The position numbers and the translations under genes were made by a program. Source: a virus (lineage: Duplodnaviria > Caudoviricetes). Taken from it: 64,000 nt of DNA. Shown piece by piece: positions 21,256 through 32,679 of this stretch. The notes beneath the pieces were generated by a model that was not told where the DNA came from, made no database searches, and saw only the letters and a program-made list of their open reading frames with translations. The stretch lies in IMG/VR virus record IMGVR_UViG_3300021387_000682, positions 23,579 through 87,578 of that record. One strand, given 5' to 3'. Positions within the stretch are counted from its first letter, which is position 1; the number at the start of each line of letters is the position of its first letter.

Positions 21256-23367
21256 TTAATCGAGGTCATACATTGTGTATAACTGCTCTGGTTTGTTTGC
21301 GCTAGATTTAATATCGCTAGATGCATTCGTGTCAATGTATCTTGTAACGGTAGAAGATGTAGGTATTGACGCACCAACCGTATATATCATTTTAGAACCA
21401 TTATCTGTCTTGACGGCGCGTCCCTTGCTGTTTATTATTTCGCTAAATGACTTCATAATATCGCTATTTTTTCTACTCTTCTTAACGACGTCCCTAATTG
21501 CATCAATTGCGACTTTTTCTGATTCCGACTCTGGTTGTTTTTTAGCGAGATCCTTTATCGCAGTAACGAAATCATCTTCAGTAAAATCAATGCTAACACC
21601 AAGTGTGGTTGGTGAGTAGTTGTCTATAGTATTTAAGACGTAGCTACCTCTAGGTTTAACGCTGCTTGGAGCTACGGAGTGTGCGATTCTATTATATACA
21701 TAGAAGCTAACAATTTCATTAGCATTTTTAAATACACCACTTCCGGCCTCAAGCCTAGCTGTTCCACTCTCCTTATCTATGACAACTGCGGTTGGATAGA
21801 TGTTGTTAGATGCGTTATCATTAGTTGTTGCCTTGTCAATAAACATTACATTCTCTGGTATAAATACAAGATTCTCATCAACTCTAGTTGTGGTGCTATT
21901 CTTTGCGGACTTAGTGATTCTACGTTCCGTATCGCCATGTGATTGTGTGTTCTTACTTTCGGTTATAGTCAATCCAGAGTTACTGTATGCGCTAGCATCT
22001 ATATAATCCGAACCGATTTCCTTCCTGAAGTTTACTCTGTATACGTCGCCTCCACTATTTCTATTGTTATATGCGTTTGATTCACTAGTATTCCCGGAAA
22101 CAAGTAACATTGCCTTAACCTCCTGTGGAACATCTGGGTTGACCCATAATTTGTAAGCTTCACTACCCTCTGCATTTTTTACATACGTAGGCAATGTGAT
22201 CTTACCGGTCTTTTCGTTGTATAAGCCATATGTCATTCCGCTTTCGTCTCTTGTGTCAATATCAGACAAGAGTGATATGTCGTTATGATATGAAAACCTT
22301 CCAAGACTATCGTCCCACTCTGATCTAGAGCGCCTAACCCTGGCGTTTACAAATTGAGTAAATGTGATATCATCCATAAGCGTAGGATCTTTTTTACCAC
22401 TACCCTTCGATCCATCTTTTGGTAATTGTTTATCTGTCCTTCCAAATGTCCTATTGTATCCCATTCTATATATATACTCCCTAGCAAGAGCGTCGATACC
22501 CTTACCAAACGAAATAGGGTTTTCTTCATCTGCAACAAACCCACTTCCCTTGGCTTTTGGCTTAAACATATACTGTGAGTAATTGCCTGTTCCAGTAAAG
22601 TCGTCTTTTAGTATCGCTGTTCCCTTGGCAGTGGTTTTAATTGTGCCATCGTCATTTAAAACAACATGATCCTTTAGCAGATCATAATACTGCGATTTAC
22701 TTCCGTTCCTGCCGAGGTCATTAAGCATTAATACAGACTTAAATCTAGCGCCAGTCATTATGTCGCTATCTTCAGAAATCATGGCAACATCCTCTGCCCA
22801 GTGGTTTGGGGAATACGTTTCAGTTGATGTTATTCCGTTATCAACGCGATCAGACTTTGATTTATCTACATGATCCGCAATCGCTGAGTCGACTGTCTCT
22901 AGGTAATGGAATGGGTTAGCTTCATTGCTCCTCATTACTCCATCATTTGGATCATAAGACCCATTACTCTCATCTATAGCCTGGACTTGCGGTTGGGTTA
23001 AATGCAAATTCGTTACAGATTTTCTTCTTTCGTCAGCCTGTTTTTGAGCTCCCTTCTGATATGCAAGTACAGGATTCATATTCTTGTTTAGATCCCTGCT
23101 AAAGTCACCTGGAGCCATATTGGTTCCCAATGAAGAGATTCTTTCTATCTCAGACTTTATGTAATTATTTGCCTCGGATGTAAAGTCATCATTTACATCT
23201 GTGACATACATCTCATTGAGGTTCTTTAATTTCTCAGCCTTAGCGTCTGCATTATCCTTTGCATCCTGTCTAGCTCTATTAGCAAAGTCATTCAATGCTT
23301 TCCAGTCTATAGGTTCGTACGTGGACACGAAGTCCATGTCGTTCCATTGTTCAAATAAATTAACCAT
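21256..23367 (-). CDS. Putative injected cargo protein (crAss-like, immediately upstream of RNAP)
   Basis: 703 aa; N-terminus MVNLFEQWNDMDFVSTYEPIDW resembles the F-x-STY-x-P start of crAss-like cargo proteins; syntenic position between cargo protein 1 and RNAP. Confidence 0.6.
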   Translation of the reverse strand: MVNLFEQWNDMDFVSTYEPIDWKALNDFANRARQDAKDNADAKAEKLKNLNEMYVTDVNDDFTSEANNYIKSEIERISSLGTNMAPGDFSRDLNKNMNPVLAYQKGAQKQADERRKSVTNLHLTQPQVQAIDESNGSYDPNDGVMRSNEANPFHYLETVDSAIADHVDKSKSDRVDNGITSTETYSPNHWAEDVAMISEDSDIMTGARFKSVLMLNDLGRNGSKSQYYDLLKDHVVLNDDGTIKTTAKGTAILKDDFTGTGNYSQYMFKPKAKGSGFVADEENPISFGKGIDALAREYIYRMGYNRTFGRTDKQLPKDGSKGSGKKDPTLMDDITFTQFVNARVRRSRSEWDDSLGRFSYHNDISLLSDIDTRDESGMTYGLYNEKTGKITLPTYVKNAEGSEAYKLWVNPDVPQEVKAMLLVSGNTSESNAYNNRNSGGDVYRVNFRKEIGSDYIDASAYSNSGLTITESKNTQSHGDTERRITKSAKNSTTTRVDENLVFIPENVMFIDKATTNDNASNNIYPTAVVIDKESGTARLEAGSGVFKNANEIVSFYVYNRIAHSVAPSSVKPRGSYVLNTIDNYSPTTLGVSIDFTEDDFVTAIKDLAKKQPESESEKVAIDAIRDVVKKSRKNSDIMKSFSEIINSKGRAVKTDNGSKMIYTVGASIPTSSTVTRYIDTNASSDIKSSANKPEQLYTMYDLD

Positions 23368-23369
23368 AG

Positions 23370-26297
23370 TTATTTCTTCTTGGATTTACCAATTTTCTTA
23401 AACTTGCCTTTCGTATAGTCCCATGCTTTCTTTACTCCAGCCTTAGCTTTGTCTGCACCTTTCTTAAGTTTAGCTTTAGTCTCATCAGACATCTTATACG
23501 TTGGACCATTGCTGCCGGATGCGACTCTAGCATTGTATCCGCCTGGACCAGTATTGCTGAACGCTCTATTAAGAGCATCCATATACATCTTACGTTCGCC
23601 TTCGTTCATATATCTAGCAGCTCCAGCAAACTGTGTAAGACCATCTATATATTCCTTACGAGCCTTATAGCCGTCAGACTTTCTAGACTGAGCAAGCTTA
23701 GCTCTAAGCTCTGCAGCTTGTGCAGCGTGGTCTTCACGTCTAGCTCTAGACCTCATATTCATTTCATCAACCTTCATTCGGTTAGTCATATTCTGCTTCT
23801 CAATCTCAGTGTTAACTCTATTAGCTTCCTGTATCTGGGCTGCATCATACTTCTGCTTAGATGCTGCTATATCAGCCTGCTTGCCTGCGAATCCTAATGA
23901 AGCTGCTATTGCATTAGCTGCATTACTGCCGCCTCCACCTCTAGATGCTGCAGTTTGTACAGCAGCTGCTTGCATCTTTCTAAGGTTTGCGTCATCACTC
24001 CATCTATTGTATGAACCAGGAGTGACCTTACCCATATCATACTTACGTGGGTTTATCTCCTCTACAGGCTCATTAGCTTTAGCCTGGTGATATCTAATAT
24101 ATGCACCCTCTTCATTATCGTATTGGTGAGGGTCTTCCCATCCAGCATTCATAAGTTGTTCCCATGTTAAATCTTCAGGGTTCTTCCCTTCGTTACCAGG
24201 TGTTTTACCATCACCTTCCTCCTTTGATTTGCTATTGTCAACTGTAGGCTCAGAAAGACCAACGTCACCCCTTGTAAGCAATTCTCTACCCTTTGCTGCA
24301 TCATCACCAGTTGGCTTATTAGGGTCCTCGACTGGGTCATCTGACTCCTCTGGACGAGGAACATTTAGGTTTGGTTTAGGTATATAACCATTCTCATCAA
24401 GCTTAATGCTACCTGTATTTGCTCCATTACTTTGAGATGCTAGAGCAGTATTATCTGCAGGGGTAGATGATGCGCTATTTGGATTAGTCCAGTATTCGTT
24501 GAGCTTAGAGATTCTAACATCCTCAGGCTGTTTCATAAATTCATCTACCGACATGCCGTTATTTCTTGCCGCAGCAGAAGCTGTATTAAAGTAGTGCTGC
24601 AATGTCTCAAACTGATTGTATCCATCGCCACCTGTACCTCCATATCCAGCTGTAGCTCTATCATTACCAGCTAACGCTGCAATTGCAGCAGGGTCTCTAC
24701 TAATCTTATATCCAAATTCAACATCCTTACCTGTAGTTGGATTCCACATACTACCATTACCATACGCCTCAACGCCTGTATTGACGATATTGGCTCTAGC
24801 ATCATTAGATATTTTCGAGAAGTCGCTAGCAAATGTTTTTCTATATTCCGGTGTATCAAAACCAGTTGATACTAATGTACCATCTTCATTGAAGTAATCA
24901 CTATAAACAGGTTTACCATAATCAGCAAACGTTGTGTTTCTACGTTGTGGTGTCATCAGAGCTGGCTGACCTACTGTATATTTATCGTTAAGATTAGATG
25001 GGTTGACGCTCTGTATTACATCAGCTTTTATAGCTTCATCAATCGCCTGTCCTGCGGTCTTAAACTTAGGTAACTTCTTACCTCCGTATTTAAACTTAGC
25101 GGCGGACTTAATACCAGCAATCATCTTCTGATCTTCCTGTGCTGCATACAGCTTATCAAACGCGCCCGCAGAGGCCCTTAAATTGAGTTCTGCGGTCTTT
25201 CTATCTATTGGTGAGGCAGACCTATCATCCAGGACCTTTCGTGCCTTAGAATTGACTTTTGATAGGTTAGAAGCCATATCAGCAAATGATCTATCACCAA
25301 CACCTAAGCTATCTGACAATATCCTTGTACCATTCTCTAATGATACTGGTATCTGGTCATCCTTACCCCTCTGTGATGAGTTGTGTCCTACTGCCTTCTG
25401 TATCTCACCATCAGGATTCATCATTACTTCCTTGTGGTCTACCAATGCATTAGGATTGTTTGAATGAGGCTTCTCACCTCCATATTTAAATTTGAACTTG
25501 CCTCCGCATTTATAATTCATTCTGTTATATTCATCTATACCACTAGTCCTAGCCTCAGCATCTGCAGATGCGATAGCTTGGTCATTAATTCTTGTTTTAT
25601 CTAATATCTGCTTTTTAACTTCAGCCCTCATAGCATTGCCGTCAAGAACGCCAGCTCCAACACCAACAACAGTTCCGAGTGCGCCACCGATAACACGACC
25701 CCAAGGGCCAAATTTAGCTCCCCACTTTTCTCCCGTTGCGGCATATTGTGGTATTGTTTGCATCATAGCAGCGCCTCTATACTGAGCGCCACTTCCACCT
25801 GTTGCTGAGTTTGCCAACCTATCTGTACGATATTGACCAGCTTTAGATAACAGTCCAATGCCAGGTGTATTCTCTATGAATGATGTCTCGCCAGATGCAT
25901 CACCAGCTGCCTTTACAACTGCCAATTCCTTATTTACATCACTCTGTGCTCCGGCAGCGCCAAATCTACCTCTACCTTCTGTATTAGTTGCGTATTCATT
26001 ACCAACCAAACTAGATTTAGGAGCTGCTACGTCAACTCCAGTTGCGTTTTTAGCATTTGACTGAGCGCTATTTTCTTTATTGATTGATGACATGGCGCCT
26101 GCTGCAGCATTGATTATGCTGCCCCATCCGCCGCCACCATTGCCACCGGATGAACCAAACGCACTGGAGAATCCCTCCATATTAAAGTTTCCATTCTTCA
26201 TAAAGCTACCGAAGTTGCCTATGCCGAACTTGAACTTAGGAAGTAGTGGGTCGTTTACCAACCCACCCTTCTTATAATTTCTTAGTCTCTTTTTCAT
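23370..26297 (-). CDS. Putative injected cargo protein 1 (membrane-spanning ejection protein)
   Basis: 975 aa; Gly/Ala-rich glycine-zipper segment (GPWGRVIGGALGTVVGVGAGVLDG); repeated [YF]KxGG motifs; EVMMNPDG...GTRILSDSL segment typical of crAss-like cargo protein; follows the muzzle gene. Confidence 0.65.
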   Translation of the reverse strand: MKKRLRNYKKGGLVNDPLLPKFKFGIGNFGSFMKNGNFNMEGFSSAFGSSGGNGGGGWGSIINAAAGAMSSINKENSAQSNAKNATGVDVAAPKSSLVGNEYATNTEGRGRFGAAGAQSDVNKELAVVKAAGDASGETSFIENTPGIGLLSKAGQYRTDRLANSATGGSGAQYRGAAMMQTIPQYAATGEKWGAKFGPWGRVIGGALGTVVGVGAGVLDGNAMRAEVKKQILDKTRINDQAIASADAEARTSGIDEYNRMNYKCGGKFKFKYGGEKPHSNNPNALVDHKEVMMNPDGEIQKAVGHNSSQRGKDDQIPVSLENGTRILSDSLGVGDRSFADMASNLSKVNSKARKVLDDRSASPIDRKTAELNLRASAGAFDKLYAAQEDQKMIAGIKSAAKFKYGGKKLPKFKTAGQAIDEAIKADVIQSVNPSNLNDKYTVGQPALMTPQRRNTTFADYGKPVYSDYFNEDGTLVSTGFDTPEYRKTFASDFSKISNDARANIVNTGVEAYGNGSMWNPTTGKDVEFGYKISRDPAAIAALAGNDRATAGYGGTGGDGYNQFETLQHYFNTASAAARNNGMSVDEFMKQPEDVRISKLNEYWTNPNSASSTPADNTALASQSNGANTGSIKLDENGYIPKPNLNVPRPEESDDPVEDPNKPTGDDAAKGRELLTRGDVGLSEPTVDNSKSKEEGDGKTPGNEGKNPEDLTWEQLMNAGWEDPHQYDNEEGAYIRYHQAKANEPVEEINPRKYDMGKVTPGSYNRWSDDANLRKMQAAAVQTAASRGGGGSNAANAIAASLGFAGKQADIAASKQKYDAAQIQEANRVNTEIEKQNMTNRMKVDEMNMRSRARREDHAAQAAELRAKLAQSRKSDGYKARKEYIDGLTQFAGAARYMNEGERKMYMDALNRAFSNTGPGGYNARVASGSNGPTYKMSDETKAKLKKGADKAKAGVKKAWDYTKGKFKKIGKSKKK

Positions 26298-26299
26298 AT

Positions 26300-29200
26300 T
26301 TAGATATAACTACTCCTAAATGTTGTTATGACAGAAGGTAGCTTAAATTCACCACCGCCATTATTAAATTCAAAGTTCTCTATAAGGTACTTACCTTTCA
26401 TTCTATTTGGATACATATACTCACTATCTGATTTAGCTCTAGGTATCGCAAATCTATAATTATCCTCGCGTCTACCTATGAACTCAACGTTATTAGACAC
26501 CATAGAAGGTGCCTCAAAATTTATAGTTGTAAAGTTTAATCCAGGTTCTCTAAACTCAGCTGAGTATTCAATATTGTCAAATACTTTTGTTACGGTAGGA
26601 GACTCATTTGCAACAAACCTAAGTTTAGCAGCGTCAATACATGTATCAACATTGTGTCTCCTGAGTATAGCTGTCTTATCGAATGAATATAGGTCATTAA
26701 ACTGTCTTGTATAGAATGTTGGGTTGTTGGTTACAAACGTAGTTGGAGCTTCAATCAACTCGCTATACACTATCGTACTAGCTGGCTCTTGTACTGCCTT
26801 ATCAGCTCTATAATACATATCATCTCTAGGTATGAAGGTCATAAGGATCTCCTTATACTTAGGGTTATATGCAAATGCAAGCTTTGCATTAAATCCATCG
26901 TGATACTTATTCAACCATGATTGGAACCCCTTCATCTTAGACAGCTGGCCAACTCCTCCCTTGTATATTAATACCTCATGCTTGTTATGGTCGTACCAGT
27001 ATATTGCGCTATCGCTAGATGCATATACGCCTGATGCGTAATTCTTGATACCATAATTGTCTAACACAGATGAGGCTATGCCATTCTCTATCGTTATATA
27101 TGTTGGTGTCTTAAGCACATCTCCAGTTCCAAGGAGAAGGTTTGTATTTGTGTCGTCCTGAACTAATTGCTTTTCGTTTACAGATATAGATGCAAACGCC
27201 GAATCCTGCCAGAAGTATAAGCTATTGTTAAATCTATACAATCCAGTTATTGGACCATATCTAGAGTCAACGTCTATCTTATTATCTGCCAAGAAGTCTG
27301 TGTAGGCATCGTCCGATTCATTTATAGTCTTCGTCTTTGAGTATCTTATACGCGTATCAAATGTACCGCTACTTAATTTCTCTACAGATCTAGATACAGT
27401 ACCAAGTTGTTCTTGGTCAGTAGGTGGAACATCTATTGAGATTAGCTTATGCATACCATTTACAATGCCGGTTGAAGATCCAGATATAACACCAGAATTT
27501 GGAATCTTGCAGTTATAATATGATCCATCTCTCCATCCTCTAGGACCTTCAATACTTCTAATTTTGATGTTGTACTGAACTATAGATGTATACACCTCAC
27601 CGAGTGTATCTATTGCACCAAATTCATTTATTCCAGGATCGGTATTGCCACTTACTACGTAATGACTAGCTAACTCATAGTCACCGCTGTATATAAATTT
27701 ATTATGCATTGCGGTTTTGTCACCACTATCACCTCTGAATCTTTGTGTGTGCACCTCCTTGTCAACACCAACTGTTGCTGGTTTGTATCCATACAGTAAT
27801 GATATATTTACTTGCGTCTCTATTGGAATTAATGCTTGCACTTGGGCACTGATGCTCTCCTCTGTAAACACAGATGCAAGCGGTCCTGTTGATGCGTCTT
27901 GATAGAACACTTCTTCATTACCTTCCCCTCCGCTGTATGCGGCAAATGCTATTGCGGCACAATCCTCTCCAGCCTCTCCAGCTTCTGGCACATCTGTTTT
28001 GTTGTTATTCATCGCACCAAACCTATTCTTAGGATCACTGCCAGCGGCCCTAGTCAAATATGTACTCGTGTAGTCATATACACATATATACTCGTCTCCG
28101 CTAAATATAGTTTGTTCTATCCTCGCAGGATATCTTTCAATACTGCCAAACCTATGTGTCATACTCATAGACGTTCGACACATATCAAACTTATCAGATT
28201 CCAATGGAATGAGTGACCCACCTGCTGGTGCGAATTGTATAGACGATCTCTTTATTTTATTCAGTCCGATTCTATCGAATGGAATCTTTACGTCGACAAC
28301 AATTGATGATGAGTAATTCATTACCTCTGACACACTAAGTGGAACATTTTTGTTTTCCAATAAATCCTCTGCATAACAGCCAGATATAGTTGGAATGAGA
28401 TTGTCATTATCCGAGTCAAGTGACACGTAGACCATATTTCCATGCGATGGACTAGTCCTACCCCTTCTTATGTCAGGATGAGTTTCGTCTCCACCGCAGC
28501 AACCGGTTAAAGATAACATATGCTGTCCATGTGGTCTTCTTTTGTTAAATGCACTATCAACTGTAGTACCTCCATCTAAGAGTGCGCTTATCATTGGTAA
28601 CACCAACAAGCCAATAATTGGTATTCCACCGACAGCGACTTTTATCCAGTTTATTTCGTTTCTAGTAAATAGATCTGATTTGTTAATCTCATACCACAAT
28701 GTATATGGAGCTATATACATGTATGTGAACACACTTGTATTATCTGTTCTTTTAAATGCACCCTCGTGTCCATACAATATCTTAACTCTACTATTTGCAG
28801 AGTAGTCTATCCTACCTCTATCAGTCCTAACCACCGAAGCATAATTATAGTCGCGTATACTTGACTTTATAGAAGATACACCATATTCCATCTCTGTATC
28901 TACCTGTTGGTATGTATTGTTAACATACTCGTAATCCCTTTTCCTTATCCTGTGCGATTGGTAATAATACCTACCAACGATATTCTGACCCCCAGACATT
29001 GTTGCAAGGTGTGCAGAATATGCAGTTTGCCTCTGGTCTAGTGAGCTAATGAATCCTGCTGTGTAAATGGCATCTACCATTTCTGCGATTGACGAATCTG
29101 AGTCAAGCCTACCTAATTTTGGCAACGTTGACTCACCAACAACATATAGACCATCGCAACATCCGGTTGATATACCGCCAGTAGATAAAAAGGATTTATG

Positions 29201-32200
29201 TTCGTTAAAAGACGATTGATATGGCGCTGATTTGTAGAAGGCATAGCCAGCAGATTTTAGTGCAGAGTAATTGAAGTCAACAGTTGTATCGCCATAATAA
29301 TCAGGACTACCATACCAATGTAATTTATGTTTGCTGCTACCTTGTATTTCTGTAACGTTGATTGACGCAAATGGTCTAAATGACGACATATTGGTTTTGA
29401 TTGGTTGGCTAAGTCCGTGCACCTCATTATATTGGCTAAAAAGCGCAAGCAGCGGTATAGATGCCATTGCTGCGTTTCTGCCGTATCCTGTATGTACTGG
29501 TTGTATATCAGCATACATTGTATCACCGTCATTCTGTACAGCACTGAACAACACTGTGTTACCAACTATATATGATCCAGCCAATGGAGCACTCAGTGAA
29601 TTATTTAGGTTACTCCTCATTTTATTGGTTTCGTCTACAGCGTAATTATCATCCTCTTTCCTATAGTTACGCATTGCGAAGTCAAACTCTGGTGATATCA
29701 CACCGAAGTTATTCCTTGACGCTGGGAATAGACTACCAAAATTTGATCCATTATATTTGACATCATTGTTATCGATGCTAGCATTTCTATATCCAGCAGT
29801 ATACTTGGAGTACAGCATATCCCTGCCAGATTCATCGAAAGCCAATGTAATATCAGTTTGTTCTGCACTTGTGCCTTCTCCATCGCTAGGCACCCTAACT
29901 CTATATGGAACATTATTTAGCCTATCATTGAATGACTCTATGAATTTATATTTTCCATTCGTTGACGCTTTCGGCCTTCTTATGTAATTTGGGAAGAAGC
30001 ACTCTGGATCACCATACGTAGTAAGAAACCACGTTGGATTTACAGCTGAATCGTGACTATCGTAGTAGTATGCCGCCGATGTATTGTCTTCAATCTCAGT
30101 TCTTGTTGGTTCGGAAACGAGTTCATCGAACGACACTCTTCCATTTGCGTCGTGGAATAATGACTGTAAAACACCTGTTGCTATTACGGTCTTGTTCTCA
30201 AATAACTGTCCGTTACCAATTGGAGATCGTTGAGCTCTAAGTATTTCGAATGAATCAAATACTTGGAATGAAGCAACCTGCTCAATGGCTGCCTTCATTA
30301 CTTCAATATCAAACTTAAATTTAATACCAAGTACATTTGCGAATACCATAGATCCATCACCTTCGGTATCGCTGTATCCGCTACCATTACTTTTGTGTAT
30401 TGTAAAGTACGGTATCACAGATGACGATGGAGTTCTTATATCCCCAATCCAGAATGATGCACATCGCTTACCGCCTGATGTTCTAAATGATATTATATAT
30501 CTATAGACCTCATTCCTCTTGAGTGACCTAAACTTCTCTATTATAAATGGATTATTGTAGCCTCCGGCGCACCTACATCCACTGTAAAAGTCTGGTTCTA
30601 TATTGACATTGTATGACTTATTACTACCAAACTTAACCATCTTGCCATCTACGCCGACCGGAATATATTCACTGTGTACTAGTATACTATTGTTGCTATC
30701 CCAGTCTCCGTCAGATCTTGGACTAAACACCTTAGCGTTATCGTGGCTAAGCTCATGCCCACCAACGACCTCCAATCCGTTTTGATTAAATGTCTTATTA
30801 TCAGATATAGCAACTTCCTTTGTTACAAACTCGTATGATACTATAGGACCGCAACCGCCAATCCAATACTTACCAGCATTCTCTGGGTCGCTAAATGGAT
30901 CAATATCATCATCTCGATGGAAGTTGAATGTCTTGTCAAATCCATAGTTAAAGAACTTGCTATGCTTGTCAAGCTTATCATATATCTCTACGCTAGGTAT
31001 GTTATCGTATGGAATATAGCAATCTGATTCCGAAGAAACTGGAGCTCCATCGCCCTCTCTTCCGACATTTATGTAATCAACAGACACACCTGCGCTGTCA
31101 TCGATAGACTCAGTGTTTATCATTCTCCATGACTCATCCTCTTCGTTATCCCCGCTTTTGAAGCTATTATCCCTAAGGTCAACGTATCCGTACCTATTAA
31201 ATGGATATGCCCTGAAGTCAAGCGCCTTCTCCTCTCCATTATCAGAAACACCTAATGTAGAGAAATTTGTCTCAGGTTCTATTATGTTTGCTGCAAAAAG
31301 AATGTTGTCCTTCTGCTCAAGGAATCTTGGCATAAAGATTGTACTCAGGGCGGAGTTTGCATCATATATTGCAGTTATATCTGATATCATTTCAACAACC
31401 TCATCACCAAGGTTATCTATTATTGCATACGCACCAAGAGAGTTGCCGTTTTCGTCAATCTCGTAATCATCTATTACGTTTGTAAGTTTTATATCATCGA
31501 CAAACCTCGAGTATTCTACATTACCATCACTACCTATCGGCGCTGGTTTATAGATTCTTATAACTCTGATAGAGTCATATTGATCAAGCATTTGCTGAGG
31601 TATAAACACCTTTAATCTAATACCCGTCTCAGATGATTCTGGTTTGCTCTCCTCATCTTTCTCTGTCTGTGAATCAGCCCATTCTCCAGTGCTAAATCTA
31701 TCATTGTTAAGGTAGTCACCTGCACCCTTATATAAAACTATTGGGCCAGTAGGAAGTGCTACCCCTGATTGCGCACCACCAGCGTTTGTCAATACATACG
31801 TATATCTATATACACCAGTAGGCAGGCTGCCACTAGTCAACAGCTCAGAGAGAAACATTGAATTGTATGGAGACATAGGTACAATAGATGTTGCATCCTT
31901 AGAGTCGTTCTTAAGGAAATAACCCTTGTATGCATCTATGATGTTCATTGTCTGTATCTGGTTGTGACCATCAGCCCAATATATCTTGACGTTGGTATCA
32001 GACTCATACATCATTGTAGATGATATAGGCTGATGTATACCATACTCTCCAACCCTAACTAATGTACAGAAGAAGTGATCCTTCCATGTCGTACCACTAA
32101 ACCTATCAAGTGGTATATATCTGTTATTGATATCATCATCACTAGGATTATCGCTAGTCTCGTTTTCGTATACAACATTGGTTGTTATCTCTTCGTATTC

Positions 32201-32677
32201 ACCAGTCTCATCATTCTTACGTAGCAATGTCTTATTGCTATTTCTGTATAGATCACCTAATGCAGTCCTACATGTATCTTCATTGAATACTGGCCTATTC
32301 TTTGGATCCTTAGTGAAGTCCAACAGATATATTCTATCGATATGTGCATCTGATCCTGATACCTGCTCTCTGGTGAACACAACAGCATACTGCCTACATG
32401 AATCAACATGTATTATACGTTCATCATTCTTTGATGGAGTATACTTACCATCATCTGTTTTCTTATCTGGATCTACATGGAATATGCGCATATCATATAT
32501 GGTTTCTACTCCATCGTAGTTACATGCTACTCCAGTAGAACCATCATCATTCGTAACTATACGAATGTTTTCTGCATATTGGTACGTACTATTCTTTGCA
32601 AGTGAAGGATGAACATCCATATTCATACCCTCACTAAACGTATTTATAGAGTACATACCTTCTTTTAAATTTGGCAT
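26300..32677 (-). CDS. Tail muzzle / tail stabilization protein (P22 gp10-like, crAss-type)
   Basis: 2125 aa; N-terminal FSEGMNMDVHP...YQYAENIR and C-terminal KVFDNIEY...RREDNYRFAIPR...RMKGKYL signatures; synteny. Confidence 0.8.
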   Translation of the reverse strand: MPNLKEGMYSINTFSEGMNMDVHPSLAKNSTYQYAENIRIVTNDDGSTGVACNYDGVETIYDMRIFHVDPDKKTDDGKYTPSKNDERIIHVDSCRQYAVVFTREQVSGSDAHIDRIYLLDFTKDPKNRPVFNEDTCRTALGDLYRNSNKTLLRKNDETGEYEEITTNVVYENETSDNPSDDDINNRYIPLDRFSGTTWKDHFFCTLVRVGEYGIHQPISSTMMYESDTNVKIYWADGHNQIQTMNIIDAYKGYFLKNDSKDATSIVPMSPYNSMFLSELLTSGSLPTGVYRYTYVLTNAGGAQSGVALPTGPIVLYKGAGDYLNNDRFSTGEWADSQTEKDEESKPESSETGIRLKVFIPQQMLDQYDSIRVIRIYKPAPIGSDGNVEYSRFVDDIKLTNVIDDYEIDENGNSLGAYAIIDNLGDEVVEMISDITAIYDANSALSTIFMPRFLEQKDNILFAANIIEPETNFSTLGVSDNGEEKALDFRAYPFNRYGYVDLRDNSFKSGDNEEDESWRMINTESIDDSAGVSVDYINVGREGDGAPVSSESDCYIPYDNIPSVEIYDKLDKHSKFFNYGFDKTFNFHRDDDIDPFSDPENAGKYWIGGCGPIVSYEFVTKEVAISDNKTFNQNGLEVVGGHELSHDNAKVFSPRSDGDWDSNNSILVHSEYIPVGVDGKMVKFGSNKSYNVNIEPDFYSGCRCAGGYNNPFIIEKFRSLKRNEVYRYIISFRTSGGKRCASFWIGDIRTPSSSVIPYFTIHKSNGSGYSDTEGDGSMVFANVLGIKFKFDIEVMKAAIEQVASFQVFDSFEILRAQRSPIGNGQLFENKTVIATGVLQSLFHDANGRVSFDELVSEPTRTEIEDNTSAAYYYDSHDSAVNPTWFLTTYGDPECFFPNYIRRPKASTNGKYKFIESFNDRLNNVPYRVRVPSDGEGTSAEQTDITLAFDESGRDMLYSKYTAGYRNASIDNNDVKYNGSNFGSLFPASRNNFGVISPEFDFAMRNYRKEDDNYAVDETNKMRSNLNNSLSAPLAGSYIVGNTVLFSAVQNDGDTMYADIQPVHTGYGRNAAMASIPLLALFSQYNEVHGLSQPIKTNMSSFRPFASINVTEIQGSSKHKLHWYGSPDYYGDTTVDFNYSALKSAGYAFYKSAPYQSSFNEHKSFLSTGGISTGCCDGLYVVGESTLPKLGRLDSDSSIAEMVDAIYTAGFISSLDQRQTAYSAHLATMSGGQNIVGRYYYQSHRIRKRDYEYVNNTYQQVDTEMEYGVSSIKSSIRDYNYASVVRTDRGRIDYSANSRVKILYGHEGAFKRTDNTSVFTYMYIAPYTLWYEINKSDLFTRNEINWIKVAVGGIPIIGLLVLPMISALLDGGTTVDSAFNKRRPHGQHMLSLTGCCGGDETHPDIRRGRTSPSHGNMVYVSLDSDNDNLIPTISGCYAEDLLENKNVPLSVSEVMNYSSSIVVDVKIPFDRIGLNKIKRSSIQFAPAGGSLIPLESDKFDMCRTSMSMTHRFGSIERYPARIEQTIFSGDEYICVYDYTSTYLTRAAGSDPKNRFGAMNNNKTDVPEAGEAGEDCAAIAFAAYSGGEGNEEVFYQDASTGPLASVFTEESISAQVQALIPIETQVNISLLYGYKPATVGVDKEVHTQRFRGDSGDKTAMHNKFIYSGDYELASHYVVSGNTDPGINEFGAIDTLGEVYTSIVQYNIKIRSIEGPRGWRDGSYYNCKIPNSGVISGSSTGIVNGMHKLISIDVPPTDQEQLGTVSRSVEKLSSGTFDTRIRYSKTKTINESDDAYTDFLADNKIDVDSRYGPITGLYRFNNSLYFWQDSAFASISVNEKQLVQDDTNTNLLLGTGDVLKTPTYITIENGIASSVLDNYGIKNYASGVYASSDSAIYWYDHNKHEVLIYKGGVGQLSKMKGFQSWLNKYHDGFNAKLAFAYNPKYKEILMTFIPRDDMYYRADKAVQEPASTIVYSELIEAPTTFVTNNPTFYTRQFNDLYSFDKTAILRRHNVDTCIDAAKLRFVANESPTVTKVFDNIEYSAEFREPGLNFTTINFEAPSMVSNNVEFIGRREDNYRFAIPRAKSDSEYMYPNRMKGKYLIENFEFNNGGGEFKLPSVITTFRSSYI

Positions 32678-32679
32678 AA

